DNA of 63,846 nucleotides, the filler included, from an uncultured bacterium (GTDB taxonomy: Bacteria; CAZSTA01), in assembly GCA_964609495.1 (NCBI GenBank). It is 7 parts of 7 records of this genome, joined end to end, with 100 filler letters (N's around TTAATTAATTAA, not from the genome) between each part and the next. Parts side by side here need not be neighbours in the genome. Positions count along the whole stretch, not along the records: positions 18,977 to 28,357 come from CAZSTA010000145.1; positions 28,458 to 37,803 come from CAZSTA010000146.1; 5 more parts are not named here. One strand, written 5' to 3'. Position 1 is the first letter of the stretch, and each line of letters opens with the position of its first letter. The notes under the pieces are model-generated. The model was not told where the DNA came from and did not search any database. It saw only the letters and a list, made by a program, of their open reading frames with translations. The position numbers were made by a program, and so were the translations under genes. Below are positions 18,977 to 29,860 of the stretch, piece after piece.

Positions 18977-19622
18977 TCTGTATCTCTTCTATCGTATCGG
19001 TGAGTTCCTCATTCACCTTCTCTAGCTCCTTGCTTTGGGTTTGAGTCTCCTTGAGAGTTTGCCCCCAACTCCTAGCGAGAAGCCAAAGAGCAATAGCTAG
19101 GATGTAGAAGATTGTTACAATCACATAGGTGACGAAATAATCCACTCCTCTACTTATATTAACTACAATTATTACCACTGTTGCTAAGGTTGCGAAGAAG
19201 AAGCTCGTAGCAGGGGCGATGAATAGACTTGATAGAACGATTACTAGTGCACAGTAGATAGGAGCTATTTGAGAGTAGAAAGCGTGTTGGAATAGGAAGA
19301 AAAATGGAACTACAGATACAAAGAGGATGAAGATGGAGCTTGCTAGCTTGACCAATCCGCGACGACTCATCCATAGCATGAATAGGACGAGCAATATTAC
19401 AAAACTATCCTGACCTATATATATAAGTCTCTTGCTTATCTCTTGAGGAGATGTTGCTCTAAAGTAGGAGGGTATATTATTGAAGAGTCGGTAAAGGACG
19501 ATGATCACTACTACGATCAGTATTATATTAAGCATACGTCCTCTGCGAACGATCTCCACATCATCACTATCCACTGCCAATAAGCGATCGAAGAAGGTTA
19601 TCATCTTTTGCTTTCTTAACAA
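18977..19622 (-). CDS. Multi-pass membrane sensor N-terminus followed by a coiled coil (kinase/cyclase/STAS-type output missing), truncated by contig end
   Basis: About 6 TM segments, then KELEKVNEELTDTIEEIQ running into the Ns. Confidence 0.6.
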
Positions 19623-19663
19623 TTTTCATCCCTCCTTTCTTATCCTAAGAATAGTTTACTACT

Positions 19664-20950
19664 TTAAGGGTACATTCTATAGAGCATACGAGGGAAGGGT
19701 ATCGTCTCTCGCACATGGCTTAATCCGCATATCCAGGAGACCATTCTCTCCAAACCGATCCCAAATCCTGAATGCGGAACCGAACCATATTTTCTCAAGT
19801 CCACATACCATTCATAAGCCTCACTAGGGAGATCATTTTCCTTGATCCGCTGTTCTATAAGATCGAGATCATCTGTCCTCTGCCCTCCCCCGATTATCTC
19901 GCCATATCCCTCAGGAGCTAGGAGATCGTCCGAGAGACAGACCTCGGACCTATCAGGATCGAGTTTCATATAGAAGGCTTTACAGGAAGTCGGATACTTC
20001 TCGACAAAGACTGGCTTCTCGAACTGCTCGGAGATGATCGTCTCATCTCCGCCACCGAAATCCTCTCCCCACTTAAGCTCAACTCCATTCTGCTTTAGTA
20101 TCTCCAACGCCTCATCATAGGTTATACGCGGGAAAGGTGGGATAACCTTTTCCAATAGCGCCGTCCCTCGCTCCAAGCTCTTCAGTTCCTCGCTCCTCCT
20201 CTCCAACACCGTTTGGACGATATAGGATACCAAATCCTCTTGTAGCTTCATATTGTCATTATGATCGGCATAAGCGACCTCTGGCTCCAACATCCAGAAC
20301 TCCATCAGATGACGACGAGTCTTCGATTTCTCAGCGCGGAAGGTGGGACCAAAACAATAGACCTTTCCAAAAGCCATACAAGCCGCCTCCATATATAACT
20401 GGCCACTTTGCGTCAGAAAGGCATCCTCCCCGAAGTAATCTGTCTTAAATAACGTAGTTGTTCCCTCACAAGCAGCCGGAGTGAGGATCGGCGCATCTAT
20501 CAGAACAAAGCCTCTCTCATCCAAGAAATTCCTGGCTGATCTCACGATCTCCGCTCTGACAAGTAAGATAGCTTGTTGGCGAGAGGATCGAAGCCAAAGA
20601 TGGCGGTGCCCCATCAAAAAATCAACCCCATGCTCTTTAGGAGTTATCGGATAATCCTGAGCTAATTGGACGAGTTGAATACCCTCTATTGATAACTCAT
20701 ATCCTCCAGGCGCCCGTTTATCGCTTCTAACCACCCCAGTTACGATCAAGGAGGATTCCTGAGTCAGCTCATCGCATAACTCGAATAGCTCCGGAGTAAC
20801 ATCGCTCTTGAATACAACTCCTTGCACGATCCCGGTGCCATCTCGGATCAAGAGGAATTGCAATTTACCGCTCGATCGCTTATTATAAAGCCAGCCTCTA
20901 ATGATCACCTCTTCTCCCTCATACCGAGAAAGTTCATTTATATATACCAA
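19664..20950 (-). CDS. asnS: Asparagine--tRNA ligase
   Basis: OB fold (RDGTG..Q), [49 protein letters not shown]. Confidence 0.95.
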   Translation of the reverse strand: MVYINELSRYEGEEVIIRGWLYNKRSSGKLQFLLIRDGTGIVQGVVFKSDVTPELFELCDELTQESSLIVTGVVRSDKRAPGGYELSIEGIQLVQLAQDYPITPKEHGVDFLMGHRHLWLRSSRQQAILLVRAEIVRSARNFLDERGFVLIDAPILTPAACEGTTTLFKTDYFGEDAFLTQSGQLYMEAACMAFGKVYCFGPTFRAEKSKTRRHLMEFWMLEPEVAYADHNDNMKLQEDLVSYIVQTVLERRSEELKSLERGTALLEKVIPPFPRITYDEALEILKQNGVELKWGEDFGGGDETIISEQFEKPVFVEKYPTSCKAFYMKLDPDRSEVCLSDDLLAPEGYGEIIGGGQRTDDLDLIEQRIKENDLPSEAYEWYVDLRKYGSVPHSGFGIGLERMVSWICGLSHVRETIPFPRMLYRMYP

Positions 20951-21086
20951 TTATAGCGCCTCCTTGCTCAGAAATAAATCATAACTATACACTATTCTTC
21001 ATCTATATTTTAACATAATACCTCCATTATAACAAGAGCTGAGGATAAATTGGAAGGCTATATGTGCTCAATTGCCAACTTATGCT

Positions 21087-24000
21087 CTAATCCACGCTCT
21101 CCACTGCGAAATCGATCTTTACTATCTCTCCCTCCTCCACCGAAACAAATTCGGAGGTATCACCACTCACTTTCATACCAAGCGGAAGCGTTCTATCATC
21201 CAAAGCTATCAGATAATCCCCTGGTTTAACATCAGTGAAGGAATAGTTCCCCTCTTCATCTGTTTTCATGACCATCCCGCTGACCAATATTATCTTAACT
21301 CCAGCGATCCCCTCTTCATCCTCATCCCTCTTATAATTGCCGTTTTCATCGTAAAACACCGAGCCTGTTATCATTCCCTCAAACTTTCTCTCTTTTCTAA
21401 CGATCCCAAAATCGACCTTCGTTATCCTCAAGGGCGATATCTCGATCTTCGTTGAGTAAGATATAGTGGGCTTGTATCCTCTAGGTAGAGAGGATATATC
21501 CAGAGAGAGCGTGTGTTCCCCCAAGGGAACGCTGAGGAATGAATAATCACCTTTAGAATCCGTTATAGCAGAGTCTCCAAAACTAGAGTCGATCCTGACT
21601 TTTGCTACTCCTTTCTCCCCCGGATCTCTAATCCCATTTTCGTTAGAATCTACGAAAACACTCCCCTTTAGATTAACGAACTCCTCCACCACTACTTCTA
21701 ATTGGAAGGAGTCGCTCGGCTCTCCATCGTCATCCTCAGCGGTGATCTTCCCCCTATAGCTTCCAATCTCTTGGTCAGGAGGTATATCCAATCCCAATTT
21801 TATCTGCCTTGAGTTATTGGGACTCCGATAGTCCAGGCTAGGGATGACCTCCGGGAAGAACTCGATCTTATCCGCAGGGATTATATGTCCTTCATCGCTC
21901 TTCAAATCCTCACCTTTGAAGATGATATTATCTAACTCGACATTACCTACATTCTCCACAATGAAGTATCCAAAGGCGGATAAGCCCGGAATCACGCCGA
22001 AGGACATAATATTATCGACTAAGTCAGCGGAATTATCCATGATGTTTAACGCCTCTTGCGCCTCTATCTCTATCTCTAAATCGAATTCGTCATATACTCC
22101 TTTGCTTGCCTCTTCAGCATAAGCCCAAACTTTCCCCGAATATACCCCTGGAGATACGATATCCCTTGGAGATAAAGTTATAATGACCTCCTGAGTCACC
22201 CCTGGCTTGAAGTTCTCGATCTCGGCAGGAGAGAACTCGACCCCGAAGTCGGAGAGCTTAGATAGGGAGAATTTGACCTCCTTTAACTCCAAATTCCCTA
22301 TGTTCTTAATGACAAAGACCCCTCTCAGCTCCTCCCTCCCCCCTCCAACTAATCTCATCTTATTATTCACCAAATCCCCGCTATTATCGAGAATATCCAA
22401 GCCTATATTTATACCCTCTCCCGGCGTAGGATACGGATTATCGATGAAATCTTGAGAGCAATTATTCGTGTCCTTACCCACTTGCATTCTCTCAATAGAA
22501 TGTCCGGGCTCAACATCGACCGCAGGATCGACCCCTTCGTCTCCCCAGTTGACGGAATCGATTATGTCCTTCATAATGTTGAGCAGATTTAAGGAATCGC
22601 CAGTATTGTTTAAGCCAGCCCATCCGCGAGGCTCTACTATTGTAGCAGATGCTGGGGGAGAGAAATGCTTTGAGAACGAAGATCGATCATTCACTAAGAT
22701 AATAAATCCCCTGGGCTTAATCATAGTTCCCGTGGGGATAGTGAAATAACGAGCGTTCTTATTCTCTACAATCCATTCTCCTACATCTCCCGCCAAATTC
22801 AGAGGATTATAAAGCTCTACCCATTCGAAATTCGACTCCGTTCCCCACTCCGAGTCTGCATCGTAAAACACCTCATTTATAACGATATTCTTAGCCTCGG
22901 CGATATTATCTATCGAGAAGGATTCATCCGATTCATCTTCATCGGTCAATCCTTCGCTATCGGTTACAACCACCTTTATCAGATATTCATCGCCATCTGG
23001 AACCGAGGCCGTATTCCAACTGTATATGCCATCATTAGCTTCTCCTGAGGTTATACTAATCCAATTATCTCCTCCATCGGAACTATAAAAAATGGCTATC
23101 GTTAAGATGTTCCCTTCATCGGGGTCGCTTGCCATCCAAAGGATATTACAGACGCCACTCCATATCTCTCCTCCATTAGGAGAAAGCAATTCTATAGAAG
23201 GAGGACGATTGAAGGGCCTTAATCCCTCCCCAGGTGTAGGATATTGATTATCATAGAAATCTACAAAGCAATTATCAGTATCCTTCCCTGCTGGTGCTCT
23301 CTCAATAGAATGACCAGGCTCAACATCTATCGCGGGATTAATTCCCACCTCTCCCCAGTTTGCATAATCTATGATCTCACCTTGAGGATTATTGAGAGCG
23401 AGGGAATCCCCTTTATTGTTCAAACTAGGCCAGCCACTAGGATCGATAATTTGCGTTCCCGAAGGAGGAGAAAATTTGGAACCAAATGGTACAATATCTG
23501 GAGTTAGAATTATAAACTCACGAATATCGATCCAGATACCCAGAGGGATAGTTAAGGATTTATCTCCAGCATCCGTAATCCTCCATTCTCCGATATAAGC
23601 CCTCTGGCTAGAGGGGTTATAAAGCTCTATCCACTCATAATCCGATTCCGGTCCCCACTCCGAGAGGGCATCATAGAAGACCTCGTTGATAACGATATTT
23701 CCTATACCTCCTCCATTATCTATAGTGAATGCGCCATCGGATAGATCTTCTCCAGTCAACGAACCATCGTTGGCAATGATCTTTATCAAATAATTACTTC
23801 CATTAGCCACAGAAGTAGTATCCCAACTGAAGTTTCCGTCATCGGCCTCCCCTAAGGCTAGATCCGACCATATCGCTCCTCCATCGCAACTATATTGAAT
23901 ATCAATGAGCAGAGGATCGCCATCTGGATCATTTGCTATCCAAGTTATAACGTTTACCCCACTCCAGTTTTCCCCACCATTAGGGGAGATGAGGGTAATC

Positions 24001-24894
24001 GTTGGAGGTTGATTAGGGATTATTGTGAAGGTCCAACTGTTGGTCCAGTCAGAATGGCTGACTCCATCGCTTGCTTGCACCCTCCAATAGTAAGTAGCTG
24101 GAGTTAAATCGCTGGAAGGGATATAAGCAGTTGAAGAGATACCAACTTCGAATATCTCAGGGGTGGAGAAGCCTGGATCATCGTCCACCTGCAAATTATA
24201 GCTAACTGGACTTGAATCTGGATCAGTAACCTCGGTCCAGGTGAATGAAGGAGCGCTATTTGAAGTGGTAGATCCATTCGCTGGAGTTAAGAGAACAGGA
24301 GTTGGGGGGGGATTAAGTCCCATCCCTGGGGAGGGATCAGGATTATCGACAAAATCGAGCTGGCTATTATCAGTATCTGCCCCTAAAGAGTTTCTTTCCC
24401 CAGAATGACCAGCGGGAACCGAAGGGGCAGGATTTGCTCCCACACTCCCATAATTCACATAATCTATCTCTGCCATACCTGTATCCTTAAGAGATAGAGA
24501 ATCTCCACTATTATTAAGTTCCGCCCAACTAGAAGGTTCGACAACTTGTACTCCTATCGACGGAACTGTCCAATGAGAGGAAAATTCAGCCATATTAGCT
24601 ACCAGAATAACAAGCTCTCCTGAGCCTATAATAGTTCCTACTGGAATTGTAATGGTATTACCACCGTTATCCGTAATAGTCCAGTTGGAAAGATTAACAA
24701 CATTAACACTCGAATTATATATCTCGATCCACTCGTTATCTGGCTCAGACCATCCAGTAGGAGCATCATAGAANNNNNNNNNNGATAACGATATCAACAG
24801 GATTGATCTGAGCTTCCGCCCTAACTGGTATCAAAAGCATTAAAGATAATAACAGAAGTATGAGAATACCCTTATTATTCGACTTATCAAACAT
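21087..24894 (-). CDS. Large secreted surface protein: 3 lamin-tail domains, Ig-like spacers, 2 C-terminal SdrD-B-like domains
   Basis: Signal peptide MFDKSNNKGILILLLLSLMLLIPVRAEA from ATG 24894. The 10-N gap at 24774-24783 sits where NEV (9 nt) is expected. Repeated IVINEVFYDA...EWIELYN; GSVFxDxNxN motifs at the C-terminus. Confidence 0.88.
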
Positions 24895-24955
24895 CTTTCT
24901 CCTCACTCTCAAAATATTATTATTTCCGTGATCATCGAGTTCCTGACGACCTAAA

Positions 24956-25225
24956 CTAATTTCTAAACAATATCCATACCCCGACGAGCAGGAATAATAT
25001 ACCTGATGCTGTCTTTATATATTGAGGAGGAATTATCTTAATTAGAACTGTTCCGAAAATCACCCCTAAAAAGGATGACAGCATAAGGGCAAGAGCTGAT
25101 CCTATGAATACGGAGAGCGGCGATTTACTCTCAGTGGTGAAGGACAGAATAGCTAATTGAGTCTTATCACCTAATTCTGCTATGAATATCAGAGCAAAGG
25201 TCGTTAAAAGCACCCTCAAATCCAT
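24956..25225 (-). CDS. Half-size TMEM165/GDT1 (UPF0016) Ca2+/Mn2+ transporter
   Basis: Single AELGDKTQ motif, 3 TM helices, 89 aa. Confidence 0.92.
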   Translation of the reverse strand: MDLRVLLTTFALIFIAELGDKTQLAILSFTTESKSPLSVFIGSALALMLSSFLGVIFGTVLIKIIPPQYIKTASGILFLLVGVWILFRN

Positions 25226-25237
25226 ATCTTCTACCTC

Positions 25238-27631
25238 CTAAAACTTTCCCATAAGCTTAGTCTCGATTATATCAGCTTTATAGTTATCTGTTGCCATATA
25301 GACATCCTCATAAGTCGATCTTTCATAAGATATAGCCCATCTAAGATCGGAAGTTAGATCATAGTATAGACTCACCTTCTTAGAGATCTTTATTGCAGAT
25401 GATCTACTCCCTTCACCCTCTCCCTTTTTATCCTCAGAGCGATATATCCCTTTTATCCCCATTCTCCGACTCAACTTCCAAGAGGCCTCGAGAGAGCTAT
25501 CTCTTATAGTGGCTTGAGCAGAGGGATTATGACTATCCTTTATTTCATAGCATAGAGCTAGGGATAGATCATCAGTGAGATTCGCATTTGCGGAAAGGGT
25601 GGTTATAGTGCTATACGATGAAGTCGGAGTCGCCTGTGAATTCTCGATATTGGTCAGCTCATACTCCGCAAAGGTGAGAAATCTATTGGGGATGATAGCT
25701 ATATCTAACTTCAAAGCACCGCTCTCCTTAAATATCACTTCCTCAGAAGTTGCCTCATAATTTTCATCCCTCTCGATCTTATACCTAGCAGAGGCAGAGA
25801 TCCTCCCATAATCAGCTTTAAGGGCAAAATATCCAGCGCTACTAATACGAAGTTTTTCCCCGCTCGCTTTCTCCTCGGTATTCTTCTCCTCAAAATAGAG
25901 TTCTAAATAGGAATGGGGAGAGATATAAAACTGAGATATGCCCAAAGCTAAAAGGGTGGAGATGGTATCAGGTTTATCAGGTCTATAATCGACAAGCTCC
26001 CTCCTTTGAACCTTAGCGTAAGCGGGAATATCATCCTTTAGATCGAGATTCAACTGAAGAGTGATAGTTCCCGCCTCGAAGTTAAGATCCCCTCCGCTTT
26101 TACCCTCCTCTTTCTCATACTTATATTCAGTTTCGAGGGAAAGACAAGAGGTCGGTTGCCACAGGACTCCCAAAGAAATGGCGGTCTTTAAGGCGCTCTC
26201 CTCTGGATTGATATTATCAGTGTTATCCTCCAATTTATATCCGATCTTAGTTGAAATATCGCCTAAGCCCTCCAAAGTCCCTAATTTCTGCAACCAGCTT
26301 AGGTTTAGATCGGCACTTCGTTTATCGGTCTCGATCGCTTTCTCATCAAATTCATCTGTGATGTCATAGCTTGCTCTTATCCGAGAGGTCTTATAGGGAG
26401 AGAAGGATAAAGCCATCTCCATTCGATTGGTGGTTAGGGTAGCCCTATCTGGATCATTCAACACGTTATTATGGGAGGTGGAATAGCGGGAGGATATGGA
26501 TAACAGATCTCTCAACTTATATCGAGCGAAGAGATATAGCTCCGAGTTATCCGTCTCTAATCCAGCTCTTCCCGAAGAGCGAAAATCTGGATCTATAGTT
26601 TCATAGCCGAGTCCCAAAGTCAAAGCCTCTAAATCAGCTTCGAGTTCCGCGGCGAAGGCTCTCCCTTCTATCTCTTCATCTTCCCCTCGGGAGATATCCT
26701 GATCATAATTGCTGAAGGCGTATTCTCCCTTCAAGGTTACATTTCCCCCTAATTTAAGGAGGAGATCAGTGCCTATAATCTGATGACCAATAGGCTTCAC
26801 CGCCTCCTCGCTTATCTCCCCCTCAAACTCGTCCCTCTCCGATACATAAGTTATCCCTAAAGCGTTCTCACCATCCGCAAAGTTCACAACTCCTCGCAAT
26901 CCATAAAGATAGCGAGAATAATCTTGCCGGGAGGGGATATATTCATAGTCTATTCTTACTTTCTCCGAGGAATCTATATCGCGCGGAAAAGTTATAGCTC
27001 CCAGATCGTAGTCTATAAGATAATCCTCTACCCTAGTAAGCAGGACATCGTCAATAGTTACGATCTCGCTCTCCTCAACTATAGGGGAATGGCTCAATAA
27101 ATAAGGACCTCTTATCCCTCGACCATAGAAAGTATCGCTAGCAGAGACATAAACTTCCTCCCTCTTACGTTCGGAGCGAGAGGCAAAAGCCTCCAGATGA
27201 GCTTCTCCTATCGAAGAGGGATGATTCAAGATCAGGTGTGCTCCAAAGGTGCTTTTGTTATAAAGGGTGAATCTAGTGGAAGGGAAAGAGGCGCTGATCC
27301 TGTCAATCACCAGAATTAAGGGACGGCTGGTAAGTTTTAAGCGGAGTCCCCCTTCCTCTACATCCTCAGTGCTGTCGTAACTTCCGGTTATATAAATATC
27401 ATCGGTTAAAGAGCCATCCAGATACAACTTCAACGCATAATCGAAAGATGAAACTAGGAAGGGGAGTTCATTCTCCAATAGGGTGGAATTGCCAGTGGAA
27501 TCTACCGATCTCGATATCAACTCCACTAACCCTATTATCTTAATATCCTGCTCAGCAGAAGTTAAGAAAGGGATAAATAAAAATATCAGAGCTAATAGCA
27601 GTATTAAATATATCTTTTCTTTATCTTCTAT
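25238..27631 (-). CDS. Probable outer-membrane beta-barrel protein with a SprA-like N-terminal segment
   Basis: In-frame signal peptide extends to ATA at 27631. IVEESEIVTIDDVLLTRVEDYLIDYDLGAITF motif; alternating amphipathic strands; C-terminal Phe. Confidence 0.7.
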   Translation of the reverse strand: MEDKEKIYLILLLALIFLFIPFLTSAEQDIKIIGLVELISRSVDSTGNSTLLENELPFLVSSFDYALKLYLDGSLTDDIYITGSYDSTEDVEEGGLRLKLTSRPLILVIDRISASFPSTRFTLYNKSTFGAHLILNHPSSIGEAHLEAFASRSERKREEVYVSASDTFYGRGIRGPYLLSHSPIVEESEIVTIDDVLLTRVEDYLIDYDLGAITFPRDIDSSEKVRIDYEYIPSRQDYSRYLYGLRGVVNFADGENALGITYVSERDEFEGEISEEAVKPIGHQIIGTDLLLKLGGNVTLKGEYAFSNYDQDISRGEDEEIEGRAFAAELEADLEALTLGLGYETIDPDFRSSGRAGLETDNSELYLFARYKLRDLLSISSRYSTSHNNVLNDPDRATLTTNRMEMALSFSPYKTSRIRASYDITDEFDEKAIETDKRSADLNLSWLQKLGTLEGLGDISTKIGYKLEDNTDNINPEESALKTAISLGVLWQPTSCLSLETEYKYEKEEGKSGGDLNFEAGTITLQLNLDLKDDIPAYAKVQRRELVDYRPDKPDTISTLLALGISQFYISPHSYLELYFEEKNTEEKASGEKLRISSAGYFALKADYGRISASARYKIERDENYEATSEEVIFKESGALKLDIAIIPNRFLTFAEYELTNIENSQATPTSSYSTITTLSANANLTDDLSLALCYEIKDSHNPSAQATIRDSSLEASWKLSRRMGIKGIYRSEDKKGEGEGSRSSAIKISKKVSLYYDLTSDLRWAISYERSTYEDVYMATDNYKADIIETKLMGKF

Positions 27632-27662
27632 ATTTCCTCACCCTCCATTTAATTCTTCAATC

Positions 27663-27697
27663 AAAAAGCCGAGGCGGAAAAGGTCTCGCCTCGGCTT
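27663..27697 (-). terminator. Intrinsic terminator
   Basis: AAGCCGAGGCG/CGCCTCGGCTT stem followed by a T-run on the minus strand. Confidence 0.8.
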
Positions 27698-27718
27698 CAT
27701 ACTCAATTCATCAAATTT

Positions 27719-28357
27719 CTATCTTCCGCTCTTGGTGAAGGTTACGAAACGACTCCAACCAAGTTTAGCCTCCACATCCCCCACTGGATACACTCGCCAG
27801 GTATAGGTTTCCCCATTTATCAACCTCGGACCGCTATACTTAATGCTCGGCTCTTTAACAGTAGGATTCCAGATAAGTATCCCATTGGAGTCGTATAGTT
27901 CTAGCACGTAAGTAACCTCAACTTTAGAAACGGTTTGTGATGCTCCTTCTTCAGTAGTAGAAGTGGTTAAATGTCCTACAGCAGCCTCAACGACCTGAGT
28001 CCAGGTGAAGAGAGGTTCAGCCTCATAGACTATCGAGCCATCAGGAGGACTCAAAGGCTTCGGCCTCAGGATCAGCTCCTCTCCACTCCTTATGGTGAAG
28101 CTCGCTTCCTTGCTCCACTCCAGATTGGCTCTGGTAGTTCCTAGCGGGAGGACCCTCCAAACATAGGTGTTTCCTCTTATTAAAGCGGGAACTGGAGGAT
28201 CTGCTACCTCTGGGTCAGGATAGGTGAAGTTAGTGCTATCAGTGTTAGAACTCAGCAATAAGTTGCCCTGGGAATCGTATATCTCTATGACGTAGCTGAA
28301 GGTTACGGTCCCAGCCTCTTCTTCATTCTCGGGGACAGAAGGCTCCTTCCAGTTGAA
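27719..28357 (-). CDS. C-terminal part of a protein with tandem FN3/Ig-like repeats, 5' end beyond contig edge
   Basis: Frame open to the contig end (FNWKEP...YVIEIYDSQG). Two repeats ending LIxGxTYxWRV...WS...F. Confidence 0.75.
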   Translation of the reverse strand, partial: FNWKEPSVPENEEEAGTVTFSYVIEIYDSQGNLLLSSNTDSTNFTYPDPEVADPPVPALIRGNTYVWRVLPLGTTRANLEWSKEASFTIRSGEELILRPKPLSPPDGSIVYEAEPLFTWTQVVEAAVGHLTTSTTEEGASQTVSKVEVTYVLELYDSNGILIWNPTVKEPSIKYSGPRLINGETYTWRVYPVGDVEAKLGWSRFVTFTKSGR

Positions 28358-28457
28358 NNNNNNNNNNNNNNNNNNNNNNNNNNNNNNNNNNNNNNNNNNN
28401 NTTAATTAATTAANNNNNNNNNNNNNNNNNNNNNNNNNNNNNNNNNNNNNNNNNNNN
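28358..28457. other. Artificial contig linker
   Basis: 44 N + TTAATTAATTAA + 44 N. Confidence 0.99.
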
Positions 28458-29038
28458 ACATAAATATCGCCTTCCTCATCTATAGCCACGCCCCCCGGTT
28501 CATTGAACTCTCCCGATTCTATACCGAACTTTCCGATGCTCAATAGATGTGAGCCATCAGAGTGAAATTTCTGGAGGCGATGATTACAGGTATCAGCCAC
28601 GTAGATATTTCCCAGATCATCTACTGCGATTCCCTCGGGGCGATCGAACTCCCCCTCGGCTGAACCATATTCACCTAAGGTCAATATCAGTTCGCCTTCG
28701 GGATCGAACTTCTTTATCTGATGATTATAGGTATCAGCAACATATATATTGCCACTCTTATCAAGGGCAACTCCTTGAGGATTATTTAATCCACCCTCAA
28801 TAATGAGAAGTGCGGTGGCTTGAGGGCTCAATTTTTGGATACGATCGTTTCCAGTATCAGCTATGTAGATATTCCCCTCTTCATCAAGAGCTATCCCACT
28901 AGGGATATGAAACCTCCGCCTACCTAGCCCCTCCTTCTCCTCTATAGCTATGATATCTTGGGAGATACAAACATAAGGGAAGAGAAGAATCGCAATGGCT
29001 ATGATTATTATAATCACAATCCCTCTGCAATCAGCCAT
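28458..29038 (-). CDS. Secreted NHL-repeat protein, truncated by contig end
   Basis: Four P.G(I/V)A.D..GNIY(I/V)ADT.N.RIQKF-type repeats (last one cut); signal peptide. Confidence 0.9.
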
Positions 29039-29060
29039 CTTCCTTCCAAAAGCGGGCAAT

Positions 29061-29137
29061 AAAACTCAAGGTAAAAAAATCCCTTCTAAAAGAAAACTTT
29101 TGCAGGTAATGAACTGAAGGTTAAAAAGTTTCCTTTT
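29061..29137. repeat. Two tandem hairpin-element copies, inverted orientation
   Basis: AAAACTCAAGG loop motif and AAAAGAAAACTTTT/AAAAGTTTCCTTTT arms. Confidence 0.75.
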
Positions 29138-29221
29138 CCCTGAGATTGAAAAATAGAAAGTAGGAAACGAAAATTGCTAATCAATTATGCCCGATTTTTA
29201 TCTTTTATCTTAAAGAGCCAA

Positions 29222-29425
29222 TTACCTATCACTCGATGATTCAGTGATATATTTACTGATCTGAACCTCGGGCTCATAATATTCAGATGTATATTCTCTG
29301 CTCTCTATATCCCCTAAGCCCTCTTCTAAAAATTTGGAGAAGTCTAAACAGCTCTTACCTTTGACTCCCTTAACTTGAATTTGAACTTCTCCCTCCGGGC
29401 TAATCAGGATCTCTATTTCCCTCAT
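29222..29425 (-). CDS. DUF2997 family protein
   Basis: IEILISPEGEVQIQVKGVKGKSC...LEEGLG...TSEYY; TAATG overlap with the upstream gene. Confidence 0.85.
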   Translation of the reverse strand: MREIEILISPEGEVQIQVKGVKGKSCLDFSKFLEEGLGDIESREYTSEYYEPEVQISKYITESSSDR

Positions 29426-29817
29426 TACGCCCATTTTCTCACCACCAATTTGATCGTGTTATCCTCAAGAACTTCCTCCTCAGCAAAAGAGAAGCCCTTC
29501 CTCTCAACCTCCTCTTTGACTTTATGATAGGCGTATCTTCTCTTCAACTCCCTCATAAAAGGAAGGCGCTTGATAGAGGTGTAATTTTCAATTCCCCACC
29601 AGTCAGCGACTATCTCATAAATCCCTTCTTTATTTTCCCTCAGCCCTATCTCGTAACGACTACCTGTTTTGATAACTAAATCCACCTTACGATATCGCTT
29701 TTGCCAATCCCTAACCATCAGCTCGCCTTCCTCAAAGGTATAACCCATATCAGTAAGAGCCATCTTTATAGCCGAAATATCTGTCATTTTAGTTTTAACA
29801 ATTGTTAAGTGAGACAT
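29425..29817 (-). CDS. DUF1257 (Ycf35-like) family protein
   Basis: MSHLTIVKTK...ALTDMGY...YEIG...YEIVADWW...YAY...GF; GGAG RBS before ATG 29817. Confidence 0.85.
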   Translation of the reverse strand: MSHLTIVKTKMTDISAIKMALTDMGYTFEEGELMVRDWQKRYRKVDLVIKTGSRYEIGLRENKEGIYEIVADWWGIENYTSIKRLPFMRELKRRYAYHKVKEEVERKGFSFAEEEVLEDNTIKLVVRKWA

Positions 29818-29860
29818 ATTATAACTCCTTTTTCTCTCAAAGCTTAAATAAGCCTCGTGA

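Noticed and set aside
24774-24783. Frameshifts in the lamin-tail gene and at 55205-55214
   Set aside because: Both coincide with 10-N placeholder gaps of arbitrary length.
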